Shown here: piece after piece, positions 47,030 to 60,470 of the stretch
Layout: every line of letters starts with the position of its first letter
How positions within the stretch are numbered: the first letter of the stretch is position 1
Origin: Lingula anatina
Lineage: Eukaryota; Animalia; Brachiopoda
Assembly: GCA_051362555.1 (NCBI GenBank)
Contig: CM120649.1
Span: forward strand, 15,638,567 to 15,702,566
DNA: 64,000 nt
Reading direction: 5' to 3'
The notes under the pieces: model-generated
Seen by the model: only the letters and a program-made list of their open reading frames with translations
Databases searched by the model: none
Told to the model about the DNA's origin: nothing
Program-made: the position numbers and the translations under genes

Positions 47030-48808
47030 GATAACGTAGTATGAGCATAAAGATGCGGTCTGAATTATAATAGCTGTTTCTTATTGGCCCAGAAAAAAAC
47101 ACGACTTTATAAATGATGGGTTACTTTGCACCCCAGTGTTAATGAAGTATCACGTAACTCCCTAGTAACGCCCCCAATGGTTACCAGATTTCTATTTTGA
47201 AAGTCCCAAACACAAGATGAATTTACATTAAAAAACATCTCCCTCGAATTTGTCTTGCATGAAATTTTACGTTTTGCTATTTCATAAGAGGGTTAGAGAA
47301 TTCTATCTGTGGTCTCCGTTAAAAAAAATAAAGAAGATACACCATCAGGTTCTAGGTTCTATCTTCTAAACTTGTGTGTAGTACATTTCGTTATTTCTCT
47401 TTTCAAAAGTATAGTTGTTAATAAAGTCCTTGCAGCTGTGTAAGATGTACTTTAATCAAATTCTTTAACTGGACTAAAAGCGTTTGACTGCATTATGTAA
47501 GTGATTAAGTAAATTTCTCATTTTGTGCCAAACGAGAAATAACTTGTTAATGCTACGACAAGGATCACTGAAAACCAAGTGGATCTTCAAATAAAATATC
47601 CCAATATTGAAAATCACTTTCATCGTGTGCGAAATATGTATATAATCATTTAGCAACTGCCAGTGGTAGTTAAAATTGGAAATGCTTGGTTTTGTAAATA
47701 GTTTATAATTACCGAATAAAATGAATTGTAATACTTTTGGCTAGAATGATGTGAAACAATATCACTTGATTAAAGTAGACAATAATATCATTCTTCATTT
47801 GTTACTATTTGTCTTAATTAACAAATATAAAAATAGGGAACTTTCATTTGTTGTTAATTCGTACCCCTTGTTCTCGGAGGCCAATGATACGCAAACGTAG
47901 GCTTCATAATCGGTAAGAGGCATCTTAGCATAAATTATTCTATGCACAGTTGAAATAAGTTATATATATCATGACATTTGTTATGTTATTTATGCTATGA
48001 ATCAAAAACAATTTCAATCAAAATATTTATCTTTATTACATGTATTAATACATGTACTATTGGGTTCATACATGTACCTATTCTCTGTGAAATATGTTGA
48101 TTTTAGTGGTAACTGCAATTGGAATTATTTGCAGTGTTTAATGTTTTTTATAAAGGGTGTATAAATTAGGAACAAAATATATTGTAATATTAATGACTAG
48201 AATGATGCAAAAGCATTTGATTAAACGTGGCAATAATAGCATTCTTAATTTGCTGTTTAGATTGTCCAGTAAACAGCATAAAAAGGGATAATTCACAATA
48301 TTGTTTATTTGCTCATTTTATTACATCTTTATTCAAACATGAATCACTTTCTACATGTACCACACGCATTTCATTCTCTCTCTCTCTCTCTTTCTCTGTC
48401 TCTGTCATAGCAGTGACTTTATTTTATAATTCTTTGTTTGACAATAAGCATCTAAAATTAGAGCAATATAGTGTCATTCTTCTGCACATCACACCGGTAG
48501 CTGTCTAGGTGTTACATTTTAGCTCTTCTCCATATCACCATTAACATTGGCAAGTGAGCACTGCCAAAATTAAAATACCGAAGGAAAGCAAACAGGAATC
48601 TTACACAATTTTGAAAAAAAAAAGAGATATGCTATCTCTTCTTTTAGCTGGTTTTGTGAGAGAGGGGAAGGGGTTTACGTGACCCTGTTTGTTGTTGTCC
48701 ATTCTTTCCAAACATGAACTTAATAACACCCGTGTATCTAAAAATAACTTTGTTTGCGTTAAGTAAATACTTAAACGGTATGCTCGATAATCATGTCACA
48801 TACATGTA

Positions 48809-49048
48809 TCACGACCTCCAAAGCAGCGTACCATAGACACACACTATGACCACTATTAACACGGCACCTGCAGCCATCCAAGGAACGCTCCCGTGAATAA
48901 ACCCCCATACTATAGCTGCAATGCTTAGTCCAATCAGTATAAAACCAAGCAATACACAACAACACGATTTTAACTTTCGGTGGTCACTTGTAGAAGTCGT
49001 CACCAAAGGAGAGCTATCCGATTCCTCCGCACAGTGATCTAGTTCCAT
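48809..49048 (-). CDS. Small 79-aa protein with two hydrophobic helices and a juxtamembrane CCC
   Basis: KSCCCVLLGFILIGLSIAAIVWG / WMAAGAVLIVVIVCVYGTLLW; acceptor-like tttag just upstream; ATG and stop positions conserved in the duplicate. Confidence 0.55.
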   Translation of the reverse strand: MELDHCAEESDSSPLVTTSTSDHRKLKSCCCVLLGFILIGLSIAAIVWGFIHGSVPWMAAGAVLIVVIVCVYGTLLWRS

Positions 49049-50429
49049 ATTCGCTTTTCAGGAAGATGCCTAAAATATTTATTTTGGTTTCAAAGAGTTA
49101 TTTTAAGCTCGACGTTCTCCAATGCAAAGCTGTAAAGAATAAGAGTACATGAACTGTGGAGAAAGATTGTCTACCACCGTTCTACTGCAGTTTTATTTCG
49201 CAGCATTGGATATACAACTATAGTGCATGTACATGTATGTTTAGTCATCCGATCCCATAAAGCGATCTCTGGTAGAAGTCCTTACATTTACTGTAACCGT
49301 CTTTTTAAGGAAACATTCTCTCATTCACAACAGACGCCTTCCCATGAAAGAGGTACCTCCGACGGATTCCGACGAAAGTCTTAGCCTCATTTTTCAAAAA
49401 TCCCAAGAAATAATGTTAACTAATGTTTACCAAGTTTTCTTATGTTTGCAGCACAGTAAAATGTACTTAATATCGAACAGCATCCTTTTCGTAAGGATTT
49501 TTTTCCTTCTTTACCAGAATTTTTTTTTCTTGTAAAATACCCAGCTGGTCTTTGTTTGTCGTTTATCTCTACATATGAAATACTTTCTCTGGGACTAGTG
49601 TGCTGGTATCAGAGCATCAACTATATTAGTTTAGTTATATAGTGCGTTAATCATTTTAATCCTTGCTATATCTCTGAGAAACTTGTTAGGACCCTAAGCG
49701 ATTTGAAAAAAGAAAACAAATAATCAAATAATTTCTAAGAAAAGGGAAAATTAATTTATAAACAGTGAAACAAAAATAAATCAATATCTCCTACTTGATC
49801 GGTAAGTAGACACAGTAATTCAAATTTATGCTCATGATCAGACACATTTTTGTATTACATGGGTAACATTTATTTGGTCATTTACCTTTATAACATGCTG
49901 TGTGAGAGCTGTCATATCTACGTGGAATTTTATGATGCAGGACACCTAATCTGGAAGAGAAACAATCATTGATTCGTCAGCTAGATAACCAGAAAAACAG
50001 ACTGATTTTCGTTATATACTCTCTAATTGAATAAATTTACTAAAGTTGTTAAAATGAGAATTAATTGTACGAATTCAGGGTTTGAATGAGCAGAATTTCA
50101 GTGCATCCGCCAGGCGGCCGAACATTATCTACTAGTACGCTTGATAAACAGTTCATGTGACATATTTACCCATAATAAACAGGCCGTGTAAGATGTCGCC
50201 CCTTAAATTGTCGTGTTTTAATATATTTCAAATCCGTTGATGTAAAACATTTTTGGTCCAAACAGCCATTTTGAGTCGATTTCTGATATCACGTAACTTG
50301 GAATTAAAGATCTTCAAATAGTACACTGCATCAATATTACTAACTTCACTAACAGGAACCAAAGCTCTATCAGCGTATCATGCTTTCCCTTGGTTGCCGT
50401 TTTCAATACTCTCCAAATATAAACTAAAA

Positions 50430-50603
50430 CAGGCACGTAGCCAGCAGTTCCTAAGTGGGGTTCTTTTTCTGAAAAAGTGGACCTTTTGCCATAAAAACTT
50501 CATGTACCAAGATAAAATTTTACTCAGAACGGACCTTTTCCCAGCAAAAAGGGCGGTTCTTTTGACCCCCCGAACTCCCCCCCCCCTCCCGGCTACTGGC
50601 CTG
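50430..50603. mobile_element. hAT5-like MITE copy
   Basis: Same family; TSD taaaa. Confidence 0.85.
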
Positions 50604-50700
50604 TAAAATAACACTCATGTGTTTGAAAGTAACTTGGAATTTTGTTTGCGTAAAGGCTTCAAGGCATCCCTATCGGTATACTCGATAATCATGTCACATA

Positions 50701-50939
50701 TCACGCCCTACAAAGCATTGCATAGACACAAAATATGACCACAATTAACACGGCACCTGCAACAACTCAGGGTACATTCCCGTGAATAAACTGCAAAATA
50801 CTGAAATAGCTGCAATGCTTAGTCCTATCAGTATAAATCAAAGCAATACACAACAACACGACATTGACTTTTTGTCATTTTTAGAAGTCGTCACCAAAGG
50901 AGAGCTATCCGATTCCTCCGTAGAGTGATCTAGTTCCAT
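50701..50939 (-). pseudogene. Disabled copy of the small 2-TM gene
   Basis: MELDHSTEESDSSPLVTTSKNDKKSMSCCCVLL* with TGA at 50840-50838, plus a later indel. Confidence 0.6.
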
Positions 50940-53031
50940 ATTCGCTTTTCAGGAAGATGCCTAAAATATTTATTTTGTTTTCATAGGGCAAAGTTGCAAA
51001 GAATAGAGTGCTGCGTCGAAAGATTGTCTACCACCGTTCTTCTGCAGTTTTATTTCGCAGCAGCGAATATACAACCGTAGTATGTTTAGTCATCCGATCC
51101 CATAAAACGATCTCTGGTAGAAGTCCTTACATTTACTGTAACCGTCTTTTAAGGAAACATTCTCTCATTCACAACAGACGCCTTCCCATGAAAGACCTCC
51201 GACGGATTTTGACAAGAGTCTTAGCACCATTTTTCAATAGTCCTCAGAAAAATGTTAGCCAGGTTTTCTTATGTTTGCAGAGTAAATTGAACATAATATC
51301 GAACAGCATTCCTTTGGATAAAGATTTTAATACTTCTTTACCAGAATATTTTGTTTCTCTGCGAAACTTGTTAGTGCCATTAGCGAAATGAGAAAAAGGA
51401 AAAAGGGCAAATAATTTCTAAGAAAATGTTTAATTAATTTATAAACGGTGAGACAATAACGAATCAATATCCCTTACTTGATCGGTAAGTAGACAGAGTA
51501 ATTCAAATTTATGCTCATGATCAGACATATTTTTGTTTGACATGGGTTACTTTTATCTGGTCATTTACCTTTATAACATGCTGTGTGAGGGCTGTGATAG
51601 CTACTGTACATGTACGTGGAATTTTATGATGCAGTACACCTCTGGAAGAGAAACAATCATTGATTTATCATCCAATTAAACACAATCCCTTTATGTACTC
51701 TATGATTGAATAAATTAACTAAAGTTATTAAAATGAGAAGTAGTTGTAAAATTTTAGAATGAGCAGAACTTCAGTGCATCCTCCAAATTTACGTGACAGG
51801 CCGCCGAGCATTATCTACTAGTACGCTTGATAAACAGTTTTTATTTACACATAATATAAAAGCCGTGTAAGGTGTTACCACTTAAATTGTTGCGTTTTAA
51901 TATAATTCATATCCGTTGATGTAAAACATTTTTGGTCCAGACACCCACATTCTTGTGATTAAAGATTGTCAAAAAACTTCAATATTACTAACTTCACTAA
52001 TGGGTAGCATATCTCAATCAACGTTTGAATGAGCTGAAAATGAAACTATTCAAATCCTTCTGGACCATCTTATAATTTAGTCTAACATTGCTCTCTCAAT
52101 GTGATTCCCACTACTGATAATTATCTCACTCAAAGCAATATATACAAGAAAAATATAACACGAAAAATACCATAATAATGAACTGATGTTCGTTTCACGT
52201 CTCGGCTTTTTGTATCTACTAGTAAAGTCTTATGATGTTGTGTCAAGTGACAATGGACTGAAAATATTCGCGTTTTGTTGTTGGTTAAATGCAATTGTTG
52301 CGACGCGTGTTGTACGCAAGGTAATGCCAATAGACACCTGAGAGTTTCGCATTAGTTGGAAATAAAAGCAGTGGAAAAACGTAGAAACTACAATTGCAGT
52401 CGGTTGTATTCTACAAAGGTTTTGAACAAAAGGAGTTTCTTTTCATCAATGCTGTCGTCAGCCTGGTACCCGTGTCGTCACTGACTACAAGATATCGATG
52501 TTAACTTTTGTATGAGGATTTGAAACAGAATTTTATCAATACTTTTATTAATCACCCGATTTCTTGCAAAATAATAATAATAATAATAATAATGCTTTAA
52601 ACTGATCATTTGTTTTTATTTTTTATCACTCATTATTGACTGTTTAGCATTTAAATGCGGCAATTTAATTTTATAATTGCTGTGAAAAATACAAATATAG
52701 ATTTTCTATGAGGAAAGTACTGATTTATTTCGGTCCCAAATAAGAGCAAGAATATTATTTGCACCAAATAGGATTTGAGCGTTAAATGAACAATTGTCTA
52801 ACTCTTGCTGCCTTTAGTTTCTGAAACACCTAAAATGGTAGACATCTACAAATAGAAAGATGTTTATACTTGTCTAATAACTTCAAAATTCAAAATAGTA
52901 CATATGACATTTATTCTCTTTACATGTGTCAATATAAAAGAAAACATTTTCAAACATTGCTTGGCAATTTTAAAAGATGCAAAATTTTTAAAATTTCCAC
53001 TATCATGCAAAGCTACACATAATAAAACATA

Positions 53032-54005
53032 GGCCACACTTTTTTAATTTTATGGATGACATCCTGCGCGCGCACGGATTTTCGCCCGTTCTCCAAAAAA
53101 AAAAAAAAAAAAGCCCCCCCCCCCCCCCCCAGCCCCCAACGAAGTCGGTTGTCCCAAACGTTGTTATTGAATTTGCAAGGAAATGAGCTTTCTGCGAATG
53201 CGTATTTTCGCCACGTGGAAATGCGGCCACTTTGCTGTCAAATTCATCTCTAGGATTACTTTCAAATTACACAACAATAAAAGTCATCAAGAGAACGGGC
53301 GCCATCGTTTGGATTGGTATGCCATTGATATTGGGCATGGAGATATCACCTTTTTACAATTGTGCGAAAGGCTGGCGGCGGCCGAAACATTTCTGTGACA
53401 TTCTGTATAAAGCAGCACATTAATACCAGGTTTTCTGTAGCGAAAAAAGGGTCGACAAGGGCGTCGAGGTATTTGGTGGGCTGAAGGTCGGACAGGCCAC
53501 CTGACAGTTTAGCTGCTTCGTGTGAGTTGACAAAATGGCATCGTCTGAAATGACCTTTAATAGATTTGGTAGTATTAAGCACATCTTTGCATCATTTTTT
53601 AAACAAAGTGTTCAAAATGTTTTAATATTCTGAGATTACAAATAAAGACGCACTGTTTGATTGATATTTGTTTTATTGATTGCTATACCAAATGAATGCA
53701 TGAAATAACCTTAAATAGATTTGGTAATATGAAGTATATCAATTCATGTCTTTTTTTTACATTTCTACGAAGTTTTCACAATGCTTTAATATTTTGAGAG
53801 CATGGATAAAGACATATTGTTAGTTTGATACGTGTTTCTGTGGTTAAATTTGTGTTTCCAGCTGTGTACTGACAGCAATCCTTTACTTAAGCAGTTTTTT
53901 TTTTTTTTTTTTTTTTTTGGACTGTTTTTTTTTTTTTTTTCGCCCTCTCGCACCGATTTTGGGGTACCCAGAGGATGTCATCCATAAAAATAAAAAAGTG
54001 TGGCC
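53032..54005. mobile_element. Second, inverted copy of the GGCCACAC element
   Basis: Same TIRs; TSD ata; empty site in the paralogous region near 62100. Confidence 0.9.
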
Positions 54006-54332
54006 ATACTATGAAATCTTATTTAGTGTGATTACAATCCAAACACTTAATATACCCAAACCACTCATTTAACACACATAAAACTACTTCTAGTCACAAA
54101 CGCCATACACCCTTACAAATAAAAAAGTAAGTCTATATCTCCTGACTTATTCACATATTATAAAACAATGTACATAAAAACGAACGTATTAACATTTGTT
54201 GCATTGACAATATTTCAGTGACTCAAATGACATATTCCAAAGTAATAATGATGTCCGACACTAGTACCAAATTGTTTAAATGTATAATAAAATAAAATGT
54301 ATATCCAGTAAATAAAATAAAATGAATATCCA

Positions 54333-54333
<1 letters not shown>

Positions 54334-54406
<73 letters not shown>
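54334..54406. repeat. (TA)n microsatellite
   Basis: Seen directly. Confidence 0.95.
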
Positions 54407-54409
<3 letters not shown>

Positions 54410-55638
54410 TAAAGTATTCGGACTAAAAATATAGATATCGAAATTTTAAAAAGGCTCAAATGGCTTGCATTGACATTAACTGTAGGCCTATATGAAATAA
54501 CAATTATGAAAATATAAACCATATCCCACGTAAAACATCATGAGCCCAAACGTGTATACATGATGCCCACCTAAACAGGTGTGTTAATACTGCAATATTG
54601 TTTGTGTATTGATATTATTTAAATAAATATGAACTATATCCCACACTGGGTCAGTGGCATATGCACATTATTTGTGCCATGAGTATTACTGAACTGTTTC
54701 CTTAGACCAGCTTTCAGGAAAACACTCCTTCAACTACTGTATAAAGATGTAGTTTTTAAATTACAAATACATATGTGAATTGTCGGGGCCTTTTCAAGTT
54801 CTGGAACGCTCTCTTCCTTAGTCTGAATAGAATGGTGTATGTTAATATGCATCGGTTGACTTTTTTTCGGTGATAGGCCTACACATATATTCTGGGTATT
54901 TATCTCCATCAATGTACTAAACATTTAACAGTATATTCTGTTGTTGTTGTTGTTGTTATATGGGTAACAGGGTTAATAATAGTAAATTCGGATGTTGCTT
55001 ATAGGGGTGAAGAGGAGAGAATAGAAAAGACCTTATAATAGGTGACTTATTACACACAAAAAAATAAACATTTTCACCTGCCCCTCTTACTGTCAAACTT
55101 GCTATTATTGCTACAACAGACAAGTTAAACATGAAAAGTTGACTTTAACTACAACTGCAATGATGAAAAGCAGCAGTTCTGGACCGAAACCAAACGATCT
55201 GTACAGATGTTACCCACGACACAATATTGATCACTGTTGCTAAGTGACAATGCGCATGTTGTCAAGTTGCCGCGTGCGGTGGTGAGTGATGACGTTACCA
55301 CGTGTGTTTCGTTCTTGTGAACTCCTCAGGTGGGCTTGGCAGATCATTTCAAAATAAATAAGAACTGTAATTAAGTGAATGTAAATGAATATATTAAAAT
55401 TCTGGTAATAATTTTGCAGACAAATTAAAGTAATTGTTGATAATTTAGCGAAAAAATACCATCTGAGTTAGTCTACTTAAGCCTCAAATTGTTCCCTTTT
55501 ATAGTGGTTTGTCTAAAATACGGGATATAGGGTTATCGAAATAAATCGAAATAATTCAACCTTGAGATATTTTGGAAATCAAAATTCCAACAAATGGCTT
55601 GAATGATAAATGTAAGATGTAAAATTTGAATACTTTGA

Positions 55639-58290
55639 TCATGCCAAAAACGCCTTCACGGTGCCGCGAATAGCACTCCTGCAGATAGGGCAATTGGAAA
55701 GTGCGGGTGCGCACGTGGTACAACACACGAGGTGGGCACACGGCAACAGAACAACAGACGAGTCCTCATCCATGCATACCTTGCACATTCTCTGGTCTTT
55801 TAACTCAGCGTTTTCCTTTCTTATCTTGTCTGCTGTAGCGGGACTCTCCTTTTCTTTATTTTGGGCTTTAGCGCTTACATTTTTGGGCTTTTCTGTCTTT
55901 TTCTTGTTTTTAGCGGAATTTTGGTTAGAGGTTTGATTAGCTGAAGCGCCTATACTTTCGTTTTGCTGACTATTTTGCGCCGCCCTCTTCTCTTCCTCTT
56001 CAATGTCTAATAAAGCTTCTATAAAAGTTTGCAAATTGGGGAAATCGTCCCCCGTGGTTCTCAGACGCTTTTCTATCGTTTTTCTCACCAAGTCACGTGA
56101 GTACCCCATCTCAATAACTTTCTGAGCAGAGGGTGTGTCTAGCCTAGCCTTTATCTCGCGCGCTTCTACGTGAAATGAACTACCATTATTTGTATTCTGC
56201 TGAGCCACTCCCCTAATGAACGCTACACCCTTGCATTGTTTAACAAACCCACACCTAGGAAACCATCGCGCATGCTCAGTCCATACGTCATCCTGGGGTT
56301 CCCAGTTTCTAAGACCTCCGCTACAGAAGAAACATTTTACATTGTCCCCAAACCCTGCATAAAAGAACCCGGATGTAGCTAATTCTCTCGGCGTTTGTTT
56401 CTTATCTATGGGCCACGTGCGGAAGGTGTTTATCCTGTTCTGTTCTAAAGCATATTCTGGATGTTTTGGTCTGTCCGTTACTATGGGATTATCTTCTATC
56501 AGATTATCTAAAATTATACCTCTTTGAAAACCACGAGAACCGTTCTCTGAACCAGGGACGCTGCTTTGAGAATTTCTAGTAACATTATTTTGGGTTGATA
56601 CACCTCTATCTAAGTTATAAGAAAAATTACTTGAGCTAAAATGAGGGCGATTGTTAGACTCTATATTACGCTGGCTCTGTTGTACGAAGGAGCAATTAGG
56701 GAAGTGTCTGGCGTGTTCGTCAAAGGCGCGGTCCCCCCTCTCCCAGTTTCTGATCATTCCGTCACAGAAGGCGCACTTCACCATGTCGTCAACGTTCACG
56801 TAGAAGAAGCCGGCTCTAGCGAGATCTGCCGGTCTAACAGGGCACGTGGTTGGAAAACTGGAATTAAATGAATATAGGGTTTAAAATGGCAAAATTGAAA
56901 ATGAAGAAAGCGATGAAACAACCCTAAAACATTTATTTGCTTTACATCTACTCGCATTCGCTATGAATTATCAATAAATATATAACCAAGTATACAAAAA
57001 TATATTAAAATTTTGCAATAATTGCACAGGTTTTTCCCCAGCTAGGCATGTGGTAAACGGGGTTTTAAAATTATAATTATATCAACAGCATTAAATATAA
57101 TGGTGAAAGATTTCGGAGAAAAAAATTGTATGTCGAAAACATTTTTCCTAATAGTGTTAGAACTGAGAATTAATCATTAGGATAAGTGATATTCAGAAAA
57201 GCACAAGGCCTTATTTCTTGCTTATAAATATTAGGACATACATGTAATTAAAGCAAAGGGACCCTTTACATAATACTAATTTCAATTTTTAAAAATCCAC
57301 TTCTCTCCACCTTCCTCTCATCCGCATCTCTTCTGTAGAGTCGTCTATAATATCGAGATCAGAATGACAAATACTCACTTTATTAATAATATATCCGTTA
57401 CTTTAACGCGCATACAAAGGCAAGTCCAGCAGGAATATCTGTCTAAAATGCTAATTGCTGTAGGTGATCCAATGGTTTAGGAATAAATCTGTGGAGTGAA
57501 TCGTTTCGAAGATCCCAAACTTGCATCATCGCCCTTCATATCTCAGCAAGGAAGCAGGCATCGTTTGGCAAAAAAAGACTGAATCAGATGAAGACTGTCT
57601 CGATGGCGAGAACTTTCAGGTGTGTCAGCTTTATTTTCATTAAATGTTGAAGGATTTTGTTGCAGAGAGAGACATTATTACTCACCTTTGAAAAGTGGCC
57701 AGTCGTGTAAGTTCGTCTCGCATAGAATCAGTATGAGAGCTGTCTTGATGGTTAAGGTGACTCTGGAGAGGAACTGGCCTTGAAGACTGTCTACTTATTG
57801 GCGTAGTATTGTTAGTAGCCGCGTTGTCTGGTTCATCCAGGCCTGTACTTCTTGGTTGAGATCGGGATTGTGTTGTGAATTGAGTTAGAGAAGACAGCGG
57901 CCGCCTGCTGCCTAGTGCATCAGCTACAGCGCTTATCGGCTTCGTGGATGAAGTGGTTTCGTCAACGGTCGATGCAGTAATCGGTACGTTGTTTCCATCT
58001 TGCCCAAGTATATGTAAACAATTGGGAGATAGCGCTGAGTGTTTCTGAAAAGGGTTGTCTCTTATCTCCCAGTCTTTTATCAGTACGTTACAGCTATAAC
58101 AGCGCACTTCATCCCCTCTTCCCATATAAAAGAGCCCTGCTTTGGCGAGTCGTGTAGGTGACGCACTAATTGAAGCAGACGGCCAGGTCTTAAAGGAGAG
58201 CAAACGCCCGACCTCAAACTTGTACTCATTGTGGTCTCCTCTATCACTTTGCTTGGAGGCTGCGTAAGCTCTGAGGCCAAGGGACGTCAT
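55639..58290 (-). CDS. IAP-4: complete 3xBIR-UBA-RING inhibitor of apoptosis (~607 aa), exons 58290-57686 and 56857-55639
   Basis: AG|gtgagt...ttccag|T joins RLATFQ-S-FPTTCPVRP; total 1824 nt in frame; RING CKVCMD...KAFLA*; acceptor tttatag 5 nt before the ATG. Confidence 0.93.
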
Positions 58291-58937
58291 TCATGCTATA
58301 AAAATTAATACATTAATGAAGTATGTATCGTGTAATTTTTCAATTGTTGTATGCAATATCAAGGTACATGTAGTTATTGATTACATGCTTTACTAATTGT
58401 CGGAGTCACTACAGGAACGACTTCTGCGTATACATGTAGCGTGCACGTGCAGTGTCGGTTTATCAGATTTTTGTTCAATACAAAGATATACATAATTGGA
58501 ACTTTAAGGATTTTGGTGTCAGATTTTCGGTGAAGACTCATACACTCATAAAAATTTTTCCTGAGGTGAACGGTACTCGCTAATTTTATAACACTTCTCC
58601 CTTTAATCCTCCTTTTTTTGGCTATCGCCCTAACTTCATTACACTTTGGCTACATTTAAGTCCTTAACAATGGTTAAAAGTGGGTCCTTCAAATTTTGTC
58701 ATCACTTCAGTATCTGATTTTTGGGTCGAAATATGATAAATCCGTCGAGAGATGATAAATCCAAGACATTTGTTATATAGAATTTAATTGGCCTGAGACA
58801 AGTAAAACAGAAATGTGATTGTTAATTGAATGTGTACTTAAAATGTGCACTTTGTACCTTTAAAGTAGAACAAATCATTAAGAAAAGTCGTGCAAAATTC
58901 AGTTTGGTTCAAAATGTAACCCTTATCATTTATTTAG

Positions 58938-58982
<45 letters not shown>

Positions 58983-60459
58983 TAAAATAAAGACGATTTT
59001 ATCTTCCATTAAAATTTGCGAAATGCCATAACCCGGATCTTTCGAGGTTCCAAGACTCAGAGGGCAACAATGATATTATGTACAGCTCAACTTTCATTTG
59101 CTGGTTTTATCGTGTTTACGTCAGGATAGAGATAAGGTTCTGAGCATGATAAAGATACGACTTTGGGACTTTTTCAGACATGTCTGGATTACCTTAAATT
59201 GTCACATAAAATACTATGTGTGCAGGGAATTAAACTTAGAAAAATGCTTCGGAAAAAGAGGATGAAAGCATTAAATGCACGCAACCAAGTTGTTTACCGC
59301 ACCTGTGGTGCTCACCTGGACGCCGATTACATGAAATATGCAAGACTTCTACATGTAATCATGAACAAAATTACAAAGGGACTTGAAGCGCGGTATGTTT
59401 CGTTATTATATCCAAGATGTAATGGAAATGAGGAATGGTTAAAGTTAATACTTTTCAAAAAAAACCTTCACATTATTTATCATTAATCTCTGACACCAAA
59501 GCACCCCCCCCCCCCCCCCCCCCCCAGCATGCTCACGTCCTTGGTGTACAAAACACGTTTGGATCACATTAAACTGTCATCTCGACATATAATACATTGT
59601 GTGTGCGAGGAGTTAAAATGAGAAAAATGTACTAGCTGGGACGGCCCAAGTCTGAATGGGATTCTAGTTAAATTACAATCTGTGGAATCATCTTAATTGT
59701 CTGACAAAGGCTAGGGGGTAATAAACTATCGTGATGAACTAACTTGCTGATTAAGTTGATTCCACTGATTGCACTTCAGTGCCAATCTAAATGCAGAGCT
59801 GGCCCGACCAAGCTAATACGATGCGTGAAGCAGAATATGCACTTACATGTAATCTAAGAATGATGTAGTTTAACGTGCAAAGCGTTCTAGTTATCAAGGA
59901 ATAATTTAAACTTGTACTATAGATGACTAATAATAGCTTTTCGCGGGCTTTTCAATTTGAACTAAAAAGCGAGTGTTGCTGTGAACACGTGTACTTACTG
60001 AGTGCCGTAGACACACCAGATGCGTAGTTTGCGTCCTGGGTCTGTGCTAGTCAGGTAATTACCTGATTTAGACGACGCATTAGATTATATTTGCTACATG
60101 AACCGACGATTAACTTCTCGCTTATCACAAAATGTTCATCAGAAAACTCCCCTGCACTCGTAGTACCAGTAGGGGACGTACATGTAATAATCAGTAGTGG
60201 GAATCTTATTAAGAGACAACAATGCTAGACTAAAGCACTCTCAGTGGCACTACCTATGACTGTGGGCGGGTTGTACTAAGTACATTAAGCAAAGAGGTGT
60301 AAGGTTGTCTCCCCTTTACAGTAACCGTGGACATATTACGAATTCGTAATTTGTCCAAGCAGTAACGTATCATAGTGTCAAACAGAAAGAATTAGTTCAT
60401 TAGTAAAAAAGTACAATACTGACTCCCCTTTTATCAACTTGGCACCGTGTTGGTGGAAA

Positions 60460-60470
60460 GGGGAATCCCC
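60460..60470. promoter_or_regulatory. Candidate NF-kB site GGGGAATCCCC upstream of IAP-4
   Basis: Consensus match ~2.2 kb 5' of the ATG. Confidence 0.55.

Larger units (their letters stand above)
48720..52000. repeat. Tandem duplication with a ~1.9-kb unit (~48720-50360 and ~50620-52000)
   Basis: Long colinear matches, e.g. 48991-49085 vs 50882-50978 and 49790-49960 vs 51474-51660. Confidence 0.9.
52260..55460. repeat. Direct segmental duplication; partner ~61320-64000 (runs off the window)
   Basis: Colinear matches from gtgttgtacgcaa to ttgataatttagcgaaaaa; the partner lacks the 53032-54005 insertion. Confidence 0.9.

Noticed and set aside
55155-55330. C/D snoRNA suggested by two RTGATGA boxes
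   Set aside because: No correctly placed CTGA D box or terminal stem was found.
58513-59500. Short inverted match tttggtgtcaga/tctgacaccaaa
   Set aside because: Only ~12 bp, with no clear TSD or second copy.
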